Assembly: GCA_963734405.1 (NCBI GenBank)
Contig: CAVTGX010000004.1
Span: 101,761-165,760, forward strand
Direction of reading: 5' to 3'
DNA length: 64,000 nt
Source of the DNA: an uncultured Actinomycetes bacterium
Lineage (GTDB): Bacteria > Actinomycetota > Thermoleophilia > Solirubrobacterales > 70-9
The notes under the pieces are model-generated. The model was not told the DNA's origin, ran no database searches, and saw only the letters and a program-made list of their open reading frames with translations. Shown here one piece after another: positions 9,849 to 23,994 of this stretch. A program made the translations under genes and the position numbers. Numbering within the stretch: the first letter of the stretch is position 1; each line of letters starts with the position of its first letter.

Positions 9849-10961
9849 TCAGCTCTGTAAGTACCGGTCGACCAGATCGACCTCCTGAAGCCGGCGCAGG
9901 CCCTCGCGGATGTCCTTGGCCCGGGTGGGCCCGACTCCGTCGACGGCGGCGAGGTCGGCGTCGGAGGCCGCCAGGACCTCCTCCAACCCGCCCAGCTCGT
10001 GGACGATCTTCTGGACGACAAGCTTGGGGATGCGGGGCACCCGGCCCAGCACCCGGTAGCCGCGCGGGGCGACTGGGAAGTCGAGCGTGTTGAGCTTGCG
10101 GTCGTAGCCCAGCAGCTCGGCCAGGCGGCCGAAGTCGAGCACGTCCTGGTGCGGCATCCGGCTCAGCGCCTGCAGGACACCGGCCAGTCCCTGCTCGGTG
10201 TCTTCCATGCTGTAGTCGCGGATCAGCGCCGTCTTGTCGGCGGCGACGCCGACCATCGTCTCCTCCAGCTGCATCTCGATCAGGCGGCCCTCGGTGCCGA
10301 GCTCGACGATGTAGCGCTCCACCTCGACCGCCATCCGCGTCACCAGCTCGGCCCGCTGGAGCGCGGCGAGGGCGTCGTGCAGGACGCCGCCGCCCTCGAA
10401 CTCCATCACCGTGAGGCGGGCCGAGACCTGGTCCAGCCGCTCGCGGTACTTCTCCAGCGTCGCCAGGCCCTGGTTGGCCTTGGCCAGCACCGCCGGGATG
10501 TCCTGGAGGATGTACTTGGTCCCCTCGACGTAGAGCGAGACGACGTCGCGGCGTTGGGATATCGCGATCACCAGGGCGTCGGTCTGTTTGGAGACGCGCT
10601 CGGCGGTGCGGTGGCGGGTGCCGGTCTCCGAGGAGAGGATCGTCGGGTCCGGCATCAGCTGGACGTTGGCCCAGGCGATCGTCGTCGCCTCGGGGTTGAG
10701 CACGATCGCCCCGTCCATCTTCGCCACCTGGTAGAGCATCGCCGGGGTGTAGTCGACGTCGAGCTTGATCCCGCCCGAGAGCAGGTGGGAGATGTCGTCG
10801 AGGTCGCCGACGACGATCAGGCCGCCGGTGCGGGAGTGGACGATGTTGTCGATTCCCTCGCGCAGCGCGCCGCCCGGGGCAACCACGTCAAGTGCCCTCA
10901 ATAGCCGAGGATCCTGACGTTCAGACAGCTCATGGAGCTCATCCCCGGACAAAGAAGGCAT
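9849..10961 (-). CDS. disA: DNA integrity scanning protein DisA (diadenylate cyclase)
   Basis: Intact 370-aa ORF. DAC domain (TGGLIVVGD, DGAIVL, GTRHRTAERVS), a linker, and a C-terminal HhH domain (LAAVDGVGPTRAKDIREGL). Confidence 0.9.
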   Translation of the reverse strand: MPSLSGDELHELSERQDPRLLRALDVVAPGGALREGIDNIVHSRTGGLIVVGDLDDISHLLSGGIKLDVDYTPAMLYQVAKMDGAIVLNPEATTIAWANVQLMPDPTILSSETGTRHRTAERVSKQTDALVIAISQRRDVVSLYVEGTKYILQDIPAVLAKANQGLATLEKYRERLDQVSARLTVMEFEGGGVLHDALAALQRAELVTRMAVEVERYIVELGTEGRLIEMQLEETMVGVAADKTALIRDYSMEDTEQGLAGVLQALSRMPHQDVLDFGRLAELLGYDRKLNTLDFPVAPRGYRVLGRVPRIPKLVVQKIVHELGGLEEVLAASDADLAAVDGVGPTRAKDIREGLRRLQEVDLVDRYLQS

Positions 10962-11051
10962 CCTCTCTAGGATGGCAAAAAGCGCTCTGGAATGCGGTCC
11001 GCCGATATCCGAGTGGACAGCTCGGGATACTTTTTGTCAAGCCGGCATCGG

Positions 11052-12185
11052 TCATCCGGCCGCGACGAGGTCGCGCTTTGGGTCGATTCCCCAGCGCCCG
11101 CCGACCGCCGCCAGCTCCTCGCTGAGCGGCCACGCGTCGGCCCGCTCGGCGCCCTCGTGGGCGGGGCTGGCGCCCTTCAGCGCCATGCAGCCGGTGTTGT
11201 CGCCGATCGCCCGGATCTCCTCCAGCTCGGCCTCGCCGAGCCGCGGCTCGGCCGGCAGCGCCGCCAGCTCGGCCCGCTTGTCCTCGATCGGGCGCGCCCC
11301 GGCGCCGAGCTCCTGGATCAGGGTCGGGGCGACGCTCCGCACCGCCGGGTGGTCGAGGTTCCACTGGCAGGCGAGCTGGAGCGGGGTCAGCCCGGCTCGC
11401 TCGGCGTGGGGGCGGAGCCGCTCCAGCTTCTCCAGACCGGCCTCGATCCAGCCGGCGGGACGGAAGGCGCGGTGGTCGCCCGCGGCCAGCTCCATCCCAG
11501 GGCGCAGGTCGCCCCAGAAGAGGCCGCCGTAGTCGACGACGCGGGTGAGGACGCTGACCTCGTGCCGGGCGGCGGCGTCCAGGCACAGCTCCCCCGGCCA
11601 GGGCTCCAGCGGGTTGAGGATGATCATCGCCCAGTCGATCCGGTCCCCGAAGCGCTCGAGGCAGGAGATCAGGTCCAGGGTGAAGCCGTTGGCGGGGCCC
11701 GGGGCGACGCCGATCCGCGCCGTCAGGCCGGCCTCGCGCAGCGCCGCCATCCCGTCCCAGACGACCTCGCTGGAGTACCCCGTGCGGTCGGGGTTGTGGA
11801 GCAGCAGCAGGTCGAAGGAGGAGGCGCCGATCCGCTCCAGGCTCGCCTCGGTCGCCATCCGCAGGTAGCCGGCGTAGGCGTCGGGGCCGCGCAGGCGCGG
11901 GTCGGTGAAGCGAGGGAAGCCCCTGGGGCCGTCGCGCTCGCCCTCGTAGAAGTCGTGGCCGACGGCGCCGATCAGGCTGAAGCTCTCCCGCGGCACCCCC
12001 TCCAGGGCCCGGCCCAACACGCGGTCGGCCTCGCCCTGGCCGTAGGCGTCGGCGCTGAGCAGGGTGTCGATTCCGCCGCCGGGGCGCAGCAGCGCGGCCA
12101 GGCGATCCTCGGCGATCGCCTCGCCGAAGCGCAGGAAGCGGCCTCCGCTCCAGGTGCCGATCGCGCTGCGGCCGGGCTCGCGCAC
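11052..12185 (-). CDS. Aldo/keto reductase family oxidoreductase
   Basis: Intact 377-aa ORF with AKR-like motifs (DTLLSADAYGQGEADRVLGRAL, DLLLLHNPD, TLIQELGAG). It occupies the slot where radA sits in Bacillus. Confidence 0.7.
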   Translation of the reverse strand: MREPGRSAIGTWSGGRFLRFGEAIAEDRLAALLRPGGGIDTLLSADAYGQGEADRVLGRALEGVPRESFSLIGAVGHDFYEGERDGPRGFPRFTDPRLRGPDAYAGYLRMATEASLERIGASSFDLLLLHNPDRTGYSSEVVWDGMAALREAGLTARIGVAPGPANGFTLDLISCLERFGDRIDWAMIILNPLEPWPGELCLDAAARHEVSVLTRVVDYGGLFWGDLRPGMELAAGDHRAFRPAGWIEAGLEKLERLRPHAERAGLTPLQLACQWNLDHPAVRSVAPTLIQELGAGARPIEDKRAELAALPAEPRLGEAELEEIRAIGDNTGCMALKGASPAHEGAERADAWPLSEELAAVGGRWGIDPKRDLVAAG

Positions 12186-12195
12186 CGAGCGCCGC

Positions 12196-14790
<2,595 letters not shown>

Positions 14791-14805
14791 AAGAATCCTC
14801 TTCTT

Positions 14806-14822
14806 GGTCGAACCCGGTTGAA
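14806..14822. promoter_or_regulatory. CtsR-operator-like direct heptad repeat in the clpC leader (speculative)
   Basis: GGTCGAA-CCC-GGTTGAA lies 16-32 nt from the clpC start. It resembles the CtsR consensus (A/G)GTCAAA-NAN-(A/G)GTCAAA. No ctsR gene is visible in the window. Confidence 0.2.
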
Positions 14823-14977
14823 CCAGGTTAGTACCGGTAGACGCCCGATCGATATCGGAAGGCGTCCATGTGTGCCTTAACGATACCGGGACCGCTCCCC
14901 CGGCCCACGGCCCCGAGTATGCGCTAACTGCGGGCTTCCACGGGACGAACGGGCCGATCCGGGCACGGAACCGCCGC

Positions 14978-16462
14978 TCAGCCCCGCATCGCCGGGAAGA
15001 GCAGCACCTCGCGCAGCGACGCGGCGCCGGTGAAGAGCATCACCAGGCGGTCGACGCCGAGCCCGACGCCGCCGGTCGGCGGCATCCCCTGTTCGAGCGC
15101 CTCGACGAAGGCCTCGTCGTAGGGCTGGGTCTCCTCGTCGCCGCGCTCCCCCTCGGCGGCCTGCTGCTCGAAGCGGCGGCGCTGCTCGTCGGGGTCGTTC
15201 AGCTCGCTGAAGGAGTTGGCGATCTCCACCCCGCCGGCGAAGGCCTCCCAACGCTCGACCATGCCCTCCTGGGAGCGGTGGGCCTTGGCGAACGGCGACA
15301 GCTCGACCGGGTAGTCGAGGACGAAGGTGGGCTGGATCAGGTGCGGCTCGACCTCCCTGGAGAGCAGGCCGTCGACCAGCTTGCCCCAGCCCTCGGCCGG
15401 GTCGGGCTCGCCGCCCATCGCCGCCGCCAACGCCTCGCGGGTCGGGTGCTCGGCGATGTCGAGGCCGCCGCGCTCGAGGATCGCCTCGCGCAGGGTGACG
15501 CGGCGCCAGGGCGGCGCGAAATCGATCTCGACCTCGCCGCGCCTGACCCGGGTGGTCCCCAGAACCCGCTCGGCGACCTCGGCGAGGAGCAGCTCGAGGT
15601 CGTGCGCGGTCTTCTCGTAGTCGGCGTATGCCTCGTACCACTCGAGCATCGTGAACTCGGGGTTGTGCTTGTGGGAGACGCCCTCGTTGCGGAAGTCCTT
15701 GCCGAGCTCGTAGACCCGGTCCATGCCGCCGACGATCAGCCGCTTCAGGTACAGCTCGGTCGCGATCCGCAGGTAGAAATCGCGGTCGAGGGCGTTGTGG
15801 TGGGTGACGAAGGGGCGCGCCAGGGCGCCGCCGTAGAGCGGCTGGAGCACCGGCGTCTCGGCCTCGGCGTAGCCGTGTTCGTCGAGCCAGCGCCGCAGCT
15901 CGCCGACCGTGCGCGCGCGCACCTCGAAGATCCGGCGGCTCTCCTCGTTGGCGATCAGGTCGAGCTCGCGGCGGCGGAACCGCGTCTCGGTGTCCTCGAG
16001 GCCGTGGAACTTGTCGGGGGGCGGGCGCAGGCTCTTGGCGAGCAGGCGCCAGTGGTCGATCGCGAGCGAGAGCTCGCCGCCGCGCCGGGTCGAGATCGCC
16101 ACCCCCTCGGCGCCGACGATGTCGCCGAGGTCGAGGTCGACCAGGAGCGCGAAGGCCTCCGCGCCGAGCAGGTCCTCGCGGGCGTGCAGCTGGATCTGGC
16201 CGCTGCCGTCGCGGAGGTCGAGGAAGCAGGCCTTGCCGTGGCCGCGGCGGGCGACGATCCGGCCCGCGACCCGGTGGCGGGAGTCGGTCTCCATCCCTTC
16301 CGCCAGCCCCTCGTGGGCGGCGCGGACCTCGGCGATGTCCTCGCGCTGGGAGAACTCGTGCGGGAACGGCTCGACCCCGGCCTCGCGAATCCGCTCCAGC
16401 TTCTCCCGCCGGTCGCGGAGCACGTCGGAGAGCTTGGGCTCGGCGGGCTCGCGGTCACTCAT
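14978..16462 (-). CDS. lysS: Lysine--tRNA ligase (class II)
   Basis: Intact 494-aa ORF. OB-fold N-domain, class II motifs (FRNEG, GGVGLGVDRLVMLF), ELNDPDEQRRRFE. Confidence 0.95.
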   Translation of the reverse strand: MSDREPAEPKLSDVLRDRREKLERIREAGVEPFPHEFSQREDIAEVRAAHEGLAEGMETDSRHRVAGRIVARRGHGKACFLDLRDGSGQIQLHAREDLLGAEAFALLVDLDLGDIVGAEGVAISTRRGGELSLAIDHWRLLAKSLRPPPDKFHGLEDTETRFRRRELDLIANEESRRIFEVRARTVGELRRWLDEHGYAEAETPVLQPLYGGALARPFVTHHNALDRDFYLRIATELYLKRLIVGGMDRVYELGKDFRNEGVSHKHNPEFTMLEWYEAYADYEKTAHDLELLLAEVAERVLGTTRVRRGEVEIDFAPPWRRVTLREAILERGGLDIAEHPTREALAAAMGGEPDPAEGWGKLVDGLLSREVEPHLIQPTFVLDYPVELSPFAKAHRSQEGMVERWEAFAGGVEIANSFSELNDPDEQRRRFEQQAAEGERGDEETQPYDEAFVEALEQGMPPTGGVGLGVDRLVMLFTGAASLREVLLFPAMRG

Positions 16463-16483
16463 GCGGCGCGAGCCTACCGACCG

Positions 16484-16963
16484 TCAGGCTTTCTCGATTT
16501 TGGTGATTTTGAGTTTCTTCTTCGGCCCGCGAGGCACCTCGACGGTGACGACGTCGTTGCGCTTGCGGCCGACCAGGGCTTTGCCGATCGGCGACTCGTT
16601 GGAGAGCTTGTGCTCGGCCGGGTTGGCCTCGGTCGAGCCGACGATCTGGAATTTCTGCGAGTCGCCGGTCTTCTGGTCCTTGACGTGGACGACCGAGCCG
16701 AAACCGACCTCGTCGGTGCCGAGCGCCTTCTCGTCGATCACGGTGGCGCGGCGCAGCCGCTCCTCGAGCTGGGCGATCCGCCCCTCGAGCAGCGCCTGTT
16801 CGTTCTTGGCGTCGTCGTATTCGGCGTTCTCGGAGATGTCGCCGAATTCGCGTGCCTCTTTGATCCGCGCGGCGACCTCGCGGCGCTTCTCGGTCGAGAG
16901 GTACTCGATTTCCTCTTTCAGCTTCTCGAGACCCTCGGGGGTGATGACGGCCTGACGACTCAC
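16484..16963 (-). CDS. greA: Transcription elongation factor GreA
   Basis: VITPEGLEKLKEEIEYL..REVAARIKEAREFGDISENAEYDDAK..ISNESPIGKALVGRK. The likely GTG start is at 16963 or 16969 after a GAGG. The 192-aa ORF-track version is over-extended. Confidence 0.9.
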   Translation of the reverse strand: MSRQAVITPEGLEKLKEEIEYLSTEKRREVAARIKEAREFGDISENAEYDDAKNEQALLEGRIAQLEERLRRATVIDEKALGTDEVGFGSVVHVKDQKTGDSQKFQIVGSTEANPAEHKLSNESPIGKALVGRKRNDVVTVEVPRGPKKKLKITKIEKA

Positions 16964-17074
16964 TTGCACAACCTCGCTTTTTGCTGTGGAAGAAGCCCTG
17001 GAGAGACTCCCAGAGCGAAAAAAACGCCCCGGTGGGCGGACTGCCTCGCCACACCTGGGCACAGAGTCGCGGGA

Positions 17075-18106
17075 TTATAGCGGGGGCGCGGTGGCGGCAT
17101 TCAAGGCCGCTCCACCAACGCCGGCCGGGCTCGCCAGGCCCTCGATCAGCACCCTCGCGCGCGACAGCCCGGCGCTGCGCTGGAGCTCCTCGGCGACCTC
17201 GGCCGGCGCCTGGAGTCGCTCCATGTACCAGGGATAGAACTTGCGCAGGTAGCGCTCGGCGCGTTGGGCGCCGAGGTGCTCCTCGGCCCGGTCGAGGACC
17301 CAGAGCAGCTCGGCCGCGACCTCCTCGCGGGCGGGGGGCTCGGCGCGGGCGCCGGTCAGTTCCTCGAAGACCCAGGGATTGCCGAGCGAGCCGCGGGCGA
17401 TCATCACCGCGTCGGCGCCGGAGGCGCCAAAGGCACGGCGGGCCGCCTCGGCGGTGTCGAGCCCGCCGGAGACGATCACCGGGGCGTCGACCCGCTCCAC
17501 CAGCTCCGCCGTCAGCTCGTAGTCGGGCGCGCCCTTGTGGCCCTTGGTCGCCGCCCGGGGATGGAAGGCGATCGCCGCCACCCCCGCCTCCTCGACGAGG
17601 CGGATCGCCAACTCGAAACCGGAGCGGTCCCCGGCCTCGATGCCCGAGCGCAGCTTCACCGTCACCGGCAGGCCGCTGCCCTCGGCGGCGCCGCGGGCGA
17701 GCGCCAGCGCCAGGTCGGGGTCGCGCAGGAGCTGGGCGCCGGCGCCGGTCCGCCGCACCTTCGGCACCGGGCAGCCCATGTTGATGTCGATCAGGTCGGC
17801 GCCGGCCTCGGCGGCGATCTCCGCCCCGGAGCGCATCACCTCGGCGTCGTGGCCGAACAGCTGCACCGAGACCGGGTGCTCGTCGGGGTGGATGCGGAGC
17901 AGCTCGCGCAGGGTGCGCTCGTTGCGGTAGTGCAGGCCGAAGCTGGAGACCATCTCCGAGACCGCGAGCCCGGCGCCGTGCCGCTTGGCCTGGAGGCGCA
18001 CGAACCAGTTGCCGATCCCGGCCAGGGGCGCGAGCAGGACCCGGTTGGAGATCGGCACCCCGCCGATCTCGAACGGATCCGTCAGCTCATGCCTGATTGC
18101 GGTCAT
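17075..18106 (-). CDS. dus: tRNA-dihydrouridine synthase
   Basis: Intact 343-aa ORF: LAPLAGIGNWFVR, VQLFGHD, DINMGCPVPKV, GGLDTAEAA, MIARGSLGNPWVF. Confidence 0.9.
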   Translation of the reverse strand: MTAIRHELTDPFEIGGVPISNRVLLAPLAGIGNWFVRLQAKRHGAGLAVSEMVSSFGLHYRNERTLRELLRIHPDEHPVSVQLFGHDAEVMRSGAEIAAEAGADLIDINMGCPVPKVRRTGAGAQLLRDPDLALALARGAAEGSGLPVTVKLRSGIEAGDRSGFELAIRLVEEAGVAAIAFHPRAATKGHKGAPDYELTAELVERVDAPVIVSGGLDTAEAARRAFGASGADAVMIARGSLGNPWVFEELTGARAEPPAREEVAAELLWVLDRAEEHLGAQRAERYLRKFYPWYMERLQAPAEVAEELQRSAGLSRARVLIEGLASPAGVGGAALNAATAPPL

Positions 18107-18851
18107 AGATGATGCGCAGCCCCTTCAGGGTAAGCAGGTCGTCGACCTCCTCGATCGTCTCGGTGAAGGGGACGATCGCCGCGGCCAGCCCTCCGGTGGC
18201 GAGGAAGCGCGCCTCGCCCAGCTCCTCCTCGATCCGCCGCGCGACCCCGTCGATCAGCCCGGCGAAGCCGAACACGACCCCGGACTGGATCGCGGCGCGG
18301 CTGGAGCGGCCGATCGCCGCCTCGGGCTCGGCCAGGTCGATGCGGGGGATCCGCGCCGCCCGTTCGACCAGCGCGGTGAGCGAGATCTCCAGGCCCGGCG
18401 CGATCGCGCCGCCGAGGTACTCGCCGGCGGCGGAGACGGCGTCGAAGTTGATCCCGGTGCCGAAGTCGACGACGACGCAGGCGCCGCCGACCCGCTCGTA
18501 GGCGGCGACGGCGTTGACGAGGCGGTCGGCGCCGACCTCCAGCGGGTTGTCGATGCGGATCGCCATCCCGGTCTTGATCCCGGGCCCGACCAGCAGGCAG
18601 TCGGCCTCGAGGTAGCGCTCGGTCAGCTGCTCGTACTGGGTGCCCAGCGGCGGCACCACCGAGGAGACGCAGACCGCGTCGACTTCGTCGAGCCCCATCC
18701 GTCGCAGCGCCATCAGGCCGCCGATGCGCTCCGCCAGCTCGTCGCCGGTGGCCCCCGCCCGGGTCTGAAAGCGCCAGTGCTCGACCAGGCGCTCGCCCTC
18801 GAAGGCGCCGAGATGGGTCTGGGTGTTGCCGACGTCGACGGCGAGAAGCAC
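18087..18851 (-). CDS. coaX: Type III pantothenate kinase
   Basis: VLLAVDVGNTQTH..VDFGTGINFD..GGAIAPGLEIS..ATGGLA. GTG start at 18851, alternative ATG at 18905. The 507-aa ORF-track entry is an upstream over-extension. Confidence 0.85.
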   Translation of the reverse strand: MLLAVDVGNTQTHLGAFEGERLVEHWRFQTRAGATGDELAERIGGLMALRRMGLDEVDAVCVSSVVPPLGTQYEQLTERYLEADCLLVGPGIKTGMAIRIDNPLEVGADRLVNAVAAYERVGGACVVVDFGTGINFDAVSAAGEYLGGAIAPGLEISLTALVERAARIPRIDLAEPEAAIGRSSRAAIQSGVVFGFAGLIDGVARRIEEELGEARFLATGGLAAAIVPFTETIEEVDDLLTLKGLRIIYDRNQA

Positions 18852-18887
18852 GGCGCGATTATCGCGGGATCGGCGGCCCGATAGCGC

Positions 18888-19673
18888 TTGGAAGAGTTTG
18901 CGCATAGGATCGTTCCCGTGAAAGCGCACCTCTATGTCCTGCCCGCCTCGCACCCGGCGTTCACCGCCAGGCTGATGCTGGAGCACAAGGGCATCGCCTA
19001 CAAGCGGACCGACCTGATGCCGGTCGTCTCCAAGGGGGTCCTGCGCGCGGTCGGCTTCCCCGGCGTGACCGTGCCGGCGCTGAAGGTCGACGGGCACAAG
19101 GTCCAGGGCTCGACCGAGATCTCGCGCGAGCTGGACCGGCTTCAGCCCGAGCCGCCCCTGTTCCCCGCCGACCCGCAGCAGCGGGCCGCGGTCGAGGAGG
19201 CCGAGCGCTGGGGCAACGACGTGCTCCAGCCGCCGCTGCGCCAGATCCTCTGGTGGGCGATCAAGCAGGACAAGGAGCCGCTGCGAAGCTACGCCGAAGG
19301 AGCCAAGCTGGGCGTGCCGATATCGCTGGCGATGGCGACCGCGGCGCCGATCGTCGCCCTCTCGGCCCGCTTCAACGAGGCCGACGACGACCACGTCCGC
19401 CGCGGCCTGGCCGAGTTTCCGGCGATGCTGGCGAAGGTCGACGAGTGGATCGCCGCCGGCATCCTCGGCGGCGATCGGCTGAACGCCGCCGACTTCCAGA
19501 TCGCCACCACCCTGCGCCTGGCGATGACCCTCGCCGACCTGCGGCCAGCGATCGAGGACCGCCCCGCCGGCAAGCTGGCGATGCGCGTGATCCCCGACTA
19601 CCCGGGACACACCCCACCGACCCTCCCAGCCGCCTGGCTGGAGCCGCTGCGCGGCGAGCCGGCAGCGGCCTAG
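18888..19673 (+). CDS. Glutathione S-transferase-family protein
   Basis: Thioredoxin-like N-domain (LYVLPASHPAFTARLMLEHKGIAYKR..VPALKVDGHKVQGSTEI) plus a helical C-domain. The likely start is GTG at 18918. Confidence 0.6.
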   Translation: MEEFAHRIVPVKAHLYVLPASHPAFTARLMLEHKGIAYKRTDLMPVVSKGVLRAVGFPGVTVPALKVDGHKVQGSTEISRELDRLQPEPPLFPADPQQRAAVEEAERWGNDVLQPPLRQILWWAIKQDKEPLRSYAEGAKLGVPISLAMATAAPIVALSARFNEADDDHVRRGLAEFPAMLAKVDEWIAAGILGGDRLNAADFQIATTLRLAMTLADLRPAIEDRPAGKLAMRVIPDYPGHTPPTLPAAWLEPLRGEPAAA

Positions 19674-19718
19674 TCGCCGCTTCTGATGCCTTTATGACCC
19701 CATAGAGTCATCAATCGA

Positions 19719-20210
19719 TCAGAAGTCGGGGATGAGGTTCACGCGCTGGCCCGCCGGGAGCGCGGCGAGGGCTTCGGCGAGGCGGGTTCCGTCGGGCAGG
19801 GTCAGCTCGGGGTCGAGCTCCAGCAGGGGGACGAGGACGAAGCGGCGGCTGCGCACCTGCGGGTGGGGCAGGGTCAGGCGCTCGCCGCTCAGCTCCAGGT
19901 CGCCGAGGAGGAGAAGGTCGACGTCGAGCGGGCGCGGGCTGTGGCGGGGTGCGTCGAGGGCGCGACCGCGCTCCGCCTCGACCGCCTTGCAGGCGTCGAG
20001 CAGGGCCTCGGGCTCCAGCTCGGTCCGGATCCGGATCGCGGCGTTGAGGAAGTCGGGCTGGTCGAGGATCTCGCCGACCGGCTCGGTCAGGTAGGCGGAG
20101 GAGACGGCCTCGACCTCGATCCCGCGCTGCGCCAGCAGCTCGATCGCCGCCCGCAGGTGGCCGACGGCGTCGCCGACGTTGGAGCCGAGGCCGAGGTAGC
20201 CGGTGCGCAT
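19719..20210 (-). CDS. folK: 2-amino-4-hydroxy-6-hydroxymethyldihydropteridine diphosphokinase
   Basis: MRTGYLGLGSNVGD..YLTEPVG..DQPDFLNAA..RPLDVDLLL..LTLPHPQVRSRRFVLVPL. Confidence 0.9.
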   Translation of the reverse strand: MRTGYLGLGSNVGDAVGHLRAAIELLAQRGIEVEAVSSAYLTEPVGEILDQPDFLNAAIRIRTELEPEALLDACKAVEAERGRALDAPRHSPRPLDVDLLLLGDLELSGERLTLPHPQVRSRRFVLVPLLELDPELTLPDGTRLAEALAALPAGQRVNLIPDF

Positions 20211-20218
20211 CGGCCCGC

Positions 20219-20641
20219 TCAGGCCTCCGAGGATTCGGCCTCGTCCCCGTCGACCGCGCGCTCCTGGGTGACCTCGACCGCGACCTCCTGAATCGCCAGC
20301 GGCAGCGGCGGCTCGGGCTTGCATGCCCGCACCCGCACAGATTCGCATCCGTAGCGCTCCATCAGACGCTCGCCGATCACCTGGGCGAGGCGCTCCAGGG
20401 TGCGGTAGCTGCGCTCGGTCGCGGCGAGGGCGACGATGTCGCAGACCTGGGCGTAGTCGACCGTGTCCTCGAGGCGGTCGGTGAGGACGGCGTCGCAGTC
20501 GGGCACGTCGAAGGAGACGTCGAACTCGAGCCGTTGCCCGACCTCCTGCTCGGCTTCGGTGACGCCATGGTGGGTGTAGATGGAGAGGCCGCGCAGCTCG
20601 ACTTCGGCGCTCGCCTCGATTCCGTTGCCGTGGGCCTCCAT
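20219..20641 (-). CDS. folB: Dihydroneopterin aldolase
   Basis: LRGLSIYTHHGVTEAEQEVGQRLEFDVSF..DTVDYAQV..YRTLERLAQVI. Lies between folP and folK. Confidence 0.85.
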   Translation of the reverse strand: MEAHGNGIEASAEVELRGLSIYTHHGVTEAEQEVGQRLEFDVSFDVPDCDAVLTDRLEDTVDYAQVCDIVALAATERSYRTLERLAQVIGERLMERYGCESVRVRACKPEPPLPLAIQEVAVEVTQERAVDGDEAESSEA

Positions 20642-20650
20642 CCCGGCAAC

Positions 20651-21433
20651 CTACTCAAGTATCGCCGTGGCGACGGCGAGCGCCTGGGCGACCGCGGCGA
20701 CGTCGTGGACGCGCAGCACCTCGGCTCCCCTGGCGGCGGCCAGGACCGAGGAGGCGATCGTGCCTCCGAGGCGCTCGCCGGGCCCGGAGCCGTCGATCGT
20801 GCCGATGAAGCTCTTGCGCGAGGTGCCGACGACCAGCGGCCGGCCGAGCTCGACCAGCTCCGGCAGGCGCCGCAGCAGCTCGATGTTGTGCTCGACGGTC
20901 TTGCCGAAGCCGATCCCGGGGTCCAGCCAGACCCGCTCCTCGGCCATTCCGGCGGCGACCGCCGCCTCCAGCCGCTTGGCGAGGAAGGCCCTGACCTCGG
21001 CGACGACGTCGTCGTAGGTGGGGCTCTCCTGCATCGTCCGCGGGCTGCCGGCCATGTGCATGAGGACCACCGTCGCCCCGCGCTCGGCGCAGAGCGGGGC
21101 CATCTCGGGATCGCCGCGCATCGCGGTGACGTCGTTGACGATCTCCGCGCCCGCGTCGAGCGCGGCCGCGGCGACCGCCGCCTTGGAGGTGTCGATCGAG
21201 AGCGTCGCGCCGCACCCGGCCAGCCCCTCGACCACCGGCCCGACCCGGCGCAGCTCCTCCTCCACCGCGACCTCCTCGGCCCCCGGCCGGGTCGATTCGC
21301 CGCCGACATCGAGGATCGCCGCCCCCTGCCCGACCAGCTCCTTCCCATGGGCGATCGCCGCGTCGCGGTCCAGGTACAGCCCCCCGTCCGAGAACGAGTC
21401 GGGGGTCACGTTGACCACCCCCATCAGCTTCAC
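20651..21433 (-). CDS. folP: Dihydropteroate synthase
   Basis: MGVVNVTPDSFSDGG..ILDVGGESTRPG..SIDTSK..IVNDV..LDPGIGFGKT..LVVGTSRKSF. Confidence 0.95.
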   Translation of the reverse strand: MKLMGVVNVTPDSFSDGGLYLDRDAAIAHGKELVGQGAAILDVGGESTRPGAEEVAVEEELRRVGPVVEGLAGCGATLSIDTSKAAVAAAALDAGAEIVNDVTAMRGDPEMAPLCAERGATVVLMHMAGSPRTMQESPTYDDVVAEVRAFLAKRLEAAVAAGMAEERVWLDPGIGFGKTVEHNIELLRRLPELVELGRPLVVGTSRKSFIGTIDGSGPGERLGGTIASSVLAAARGAEVLRVHDVAAVAQALAVATAILE

Positions 21434-21441
21434 GGAGGGCT

Positions 21442-23397
<1,956 letters not shown>

Positions 23398-23431
23398 GGG
23401 TGAAATCAGCGTACCAGGGGGGTTTTTCGCT

Positions 23432-23959
23432 CTACTCCGCTAACGCGGCGACGTAATCCAGGTTGCGGTAGCGCTGGCCGTGGTCGAGGCCGTAGCCGAT
23501 CGCGAACCGGTTCGGGATCTCGAAGCCCACGTAGCGCGGCGAGAGGTCGACCCGCAGCCGCTCGGGCTTGGTCAGCAGCGCGCAGACCTCCAGCGAGGCG
23601 GGGTTGCGGGCCTTCAGGTTCCGCATCAGGTAGTGGAGGGTGAGGCCGGAGTCGATGATGTCCTCGACCAGCAGCACGTGGCGGCCCTCGATCGAGGCGT
23701 CGAGGTCCTTGAGGATGCGGACGACGCCCGAGGAATCGGTCTGCGATCCGTAGCTGGAGACCGCCATGAAGTCGATCTCGCAGGGGACGTCGATGCTGCG
23801 CATCAGGTCGGCGAGGAACAGCACCGCGCCCTTCAGCACCCCGACCATCACCAGCTCGCGGCCCTCGTAGTCGCGGCTGACCTCCGCTCCCAGCTCGGCG
23901 ACCCGGCGCCGCAGGTCCTCTTTGGCGACGAGAATCTCGCCGATCGAAGGGTCGCTCAC
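23432..23959 (-). CDS. hpt: Hypoxanthine phosphoribosyltransferase
   Basis: LLVEDIIDSGLTL PRPP-binding motif, with KDLDASIEGRHV upstream of it and GYGLDHGQRYRNL downstream. 175 aa. Confidence 0.9.
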   Translation of the reverse strand: MSDPSIGEILVAKEDLRRRVAELGAEVSRDYEGRELVMVGVLKGAVLFLADLMRSIDVPCEIDFMAVSSYGSQTDSSGVVRILKDLDASIEGRHVLLVEDIIDSGLTLHYLMRNLKARNPASLEVCALLTKPERLRVDLSPRYVGFEIPNRFAIGYGLDHGQRYRNLDYVAALAE

Positions 23960-23994
23960 CCGCCGCAGTCTAGATATAGGGAGGCGGCGGAGCG

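Noticed and set aside
18087-19610. 507-aa ORF suggesting a coaX fusion protein. Similar over-long entries occur at 23995..25242 (tilS), 8525..9457 (ispD), 16484..17062 (greA) and 35276..36730 (amt).
   Set aside because: The family-typical N-termini with plausible start codons and RBSs lie internally. The upstream parts are low-complexity and overlap neighbouring genes, for example the GST-like gene on the plus strand.
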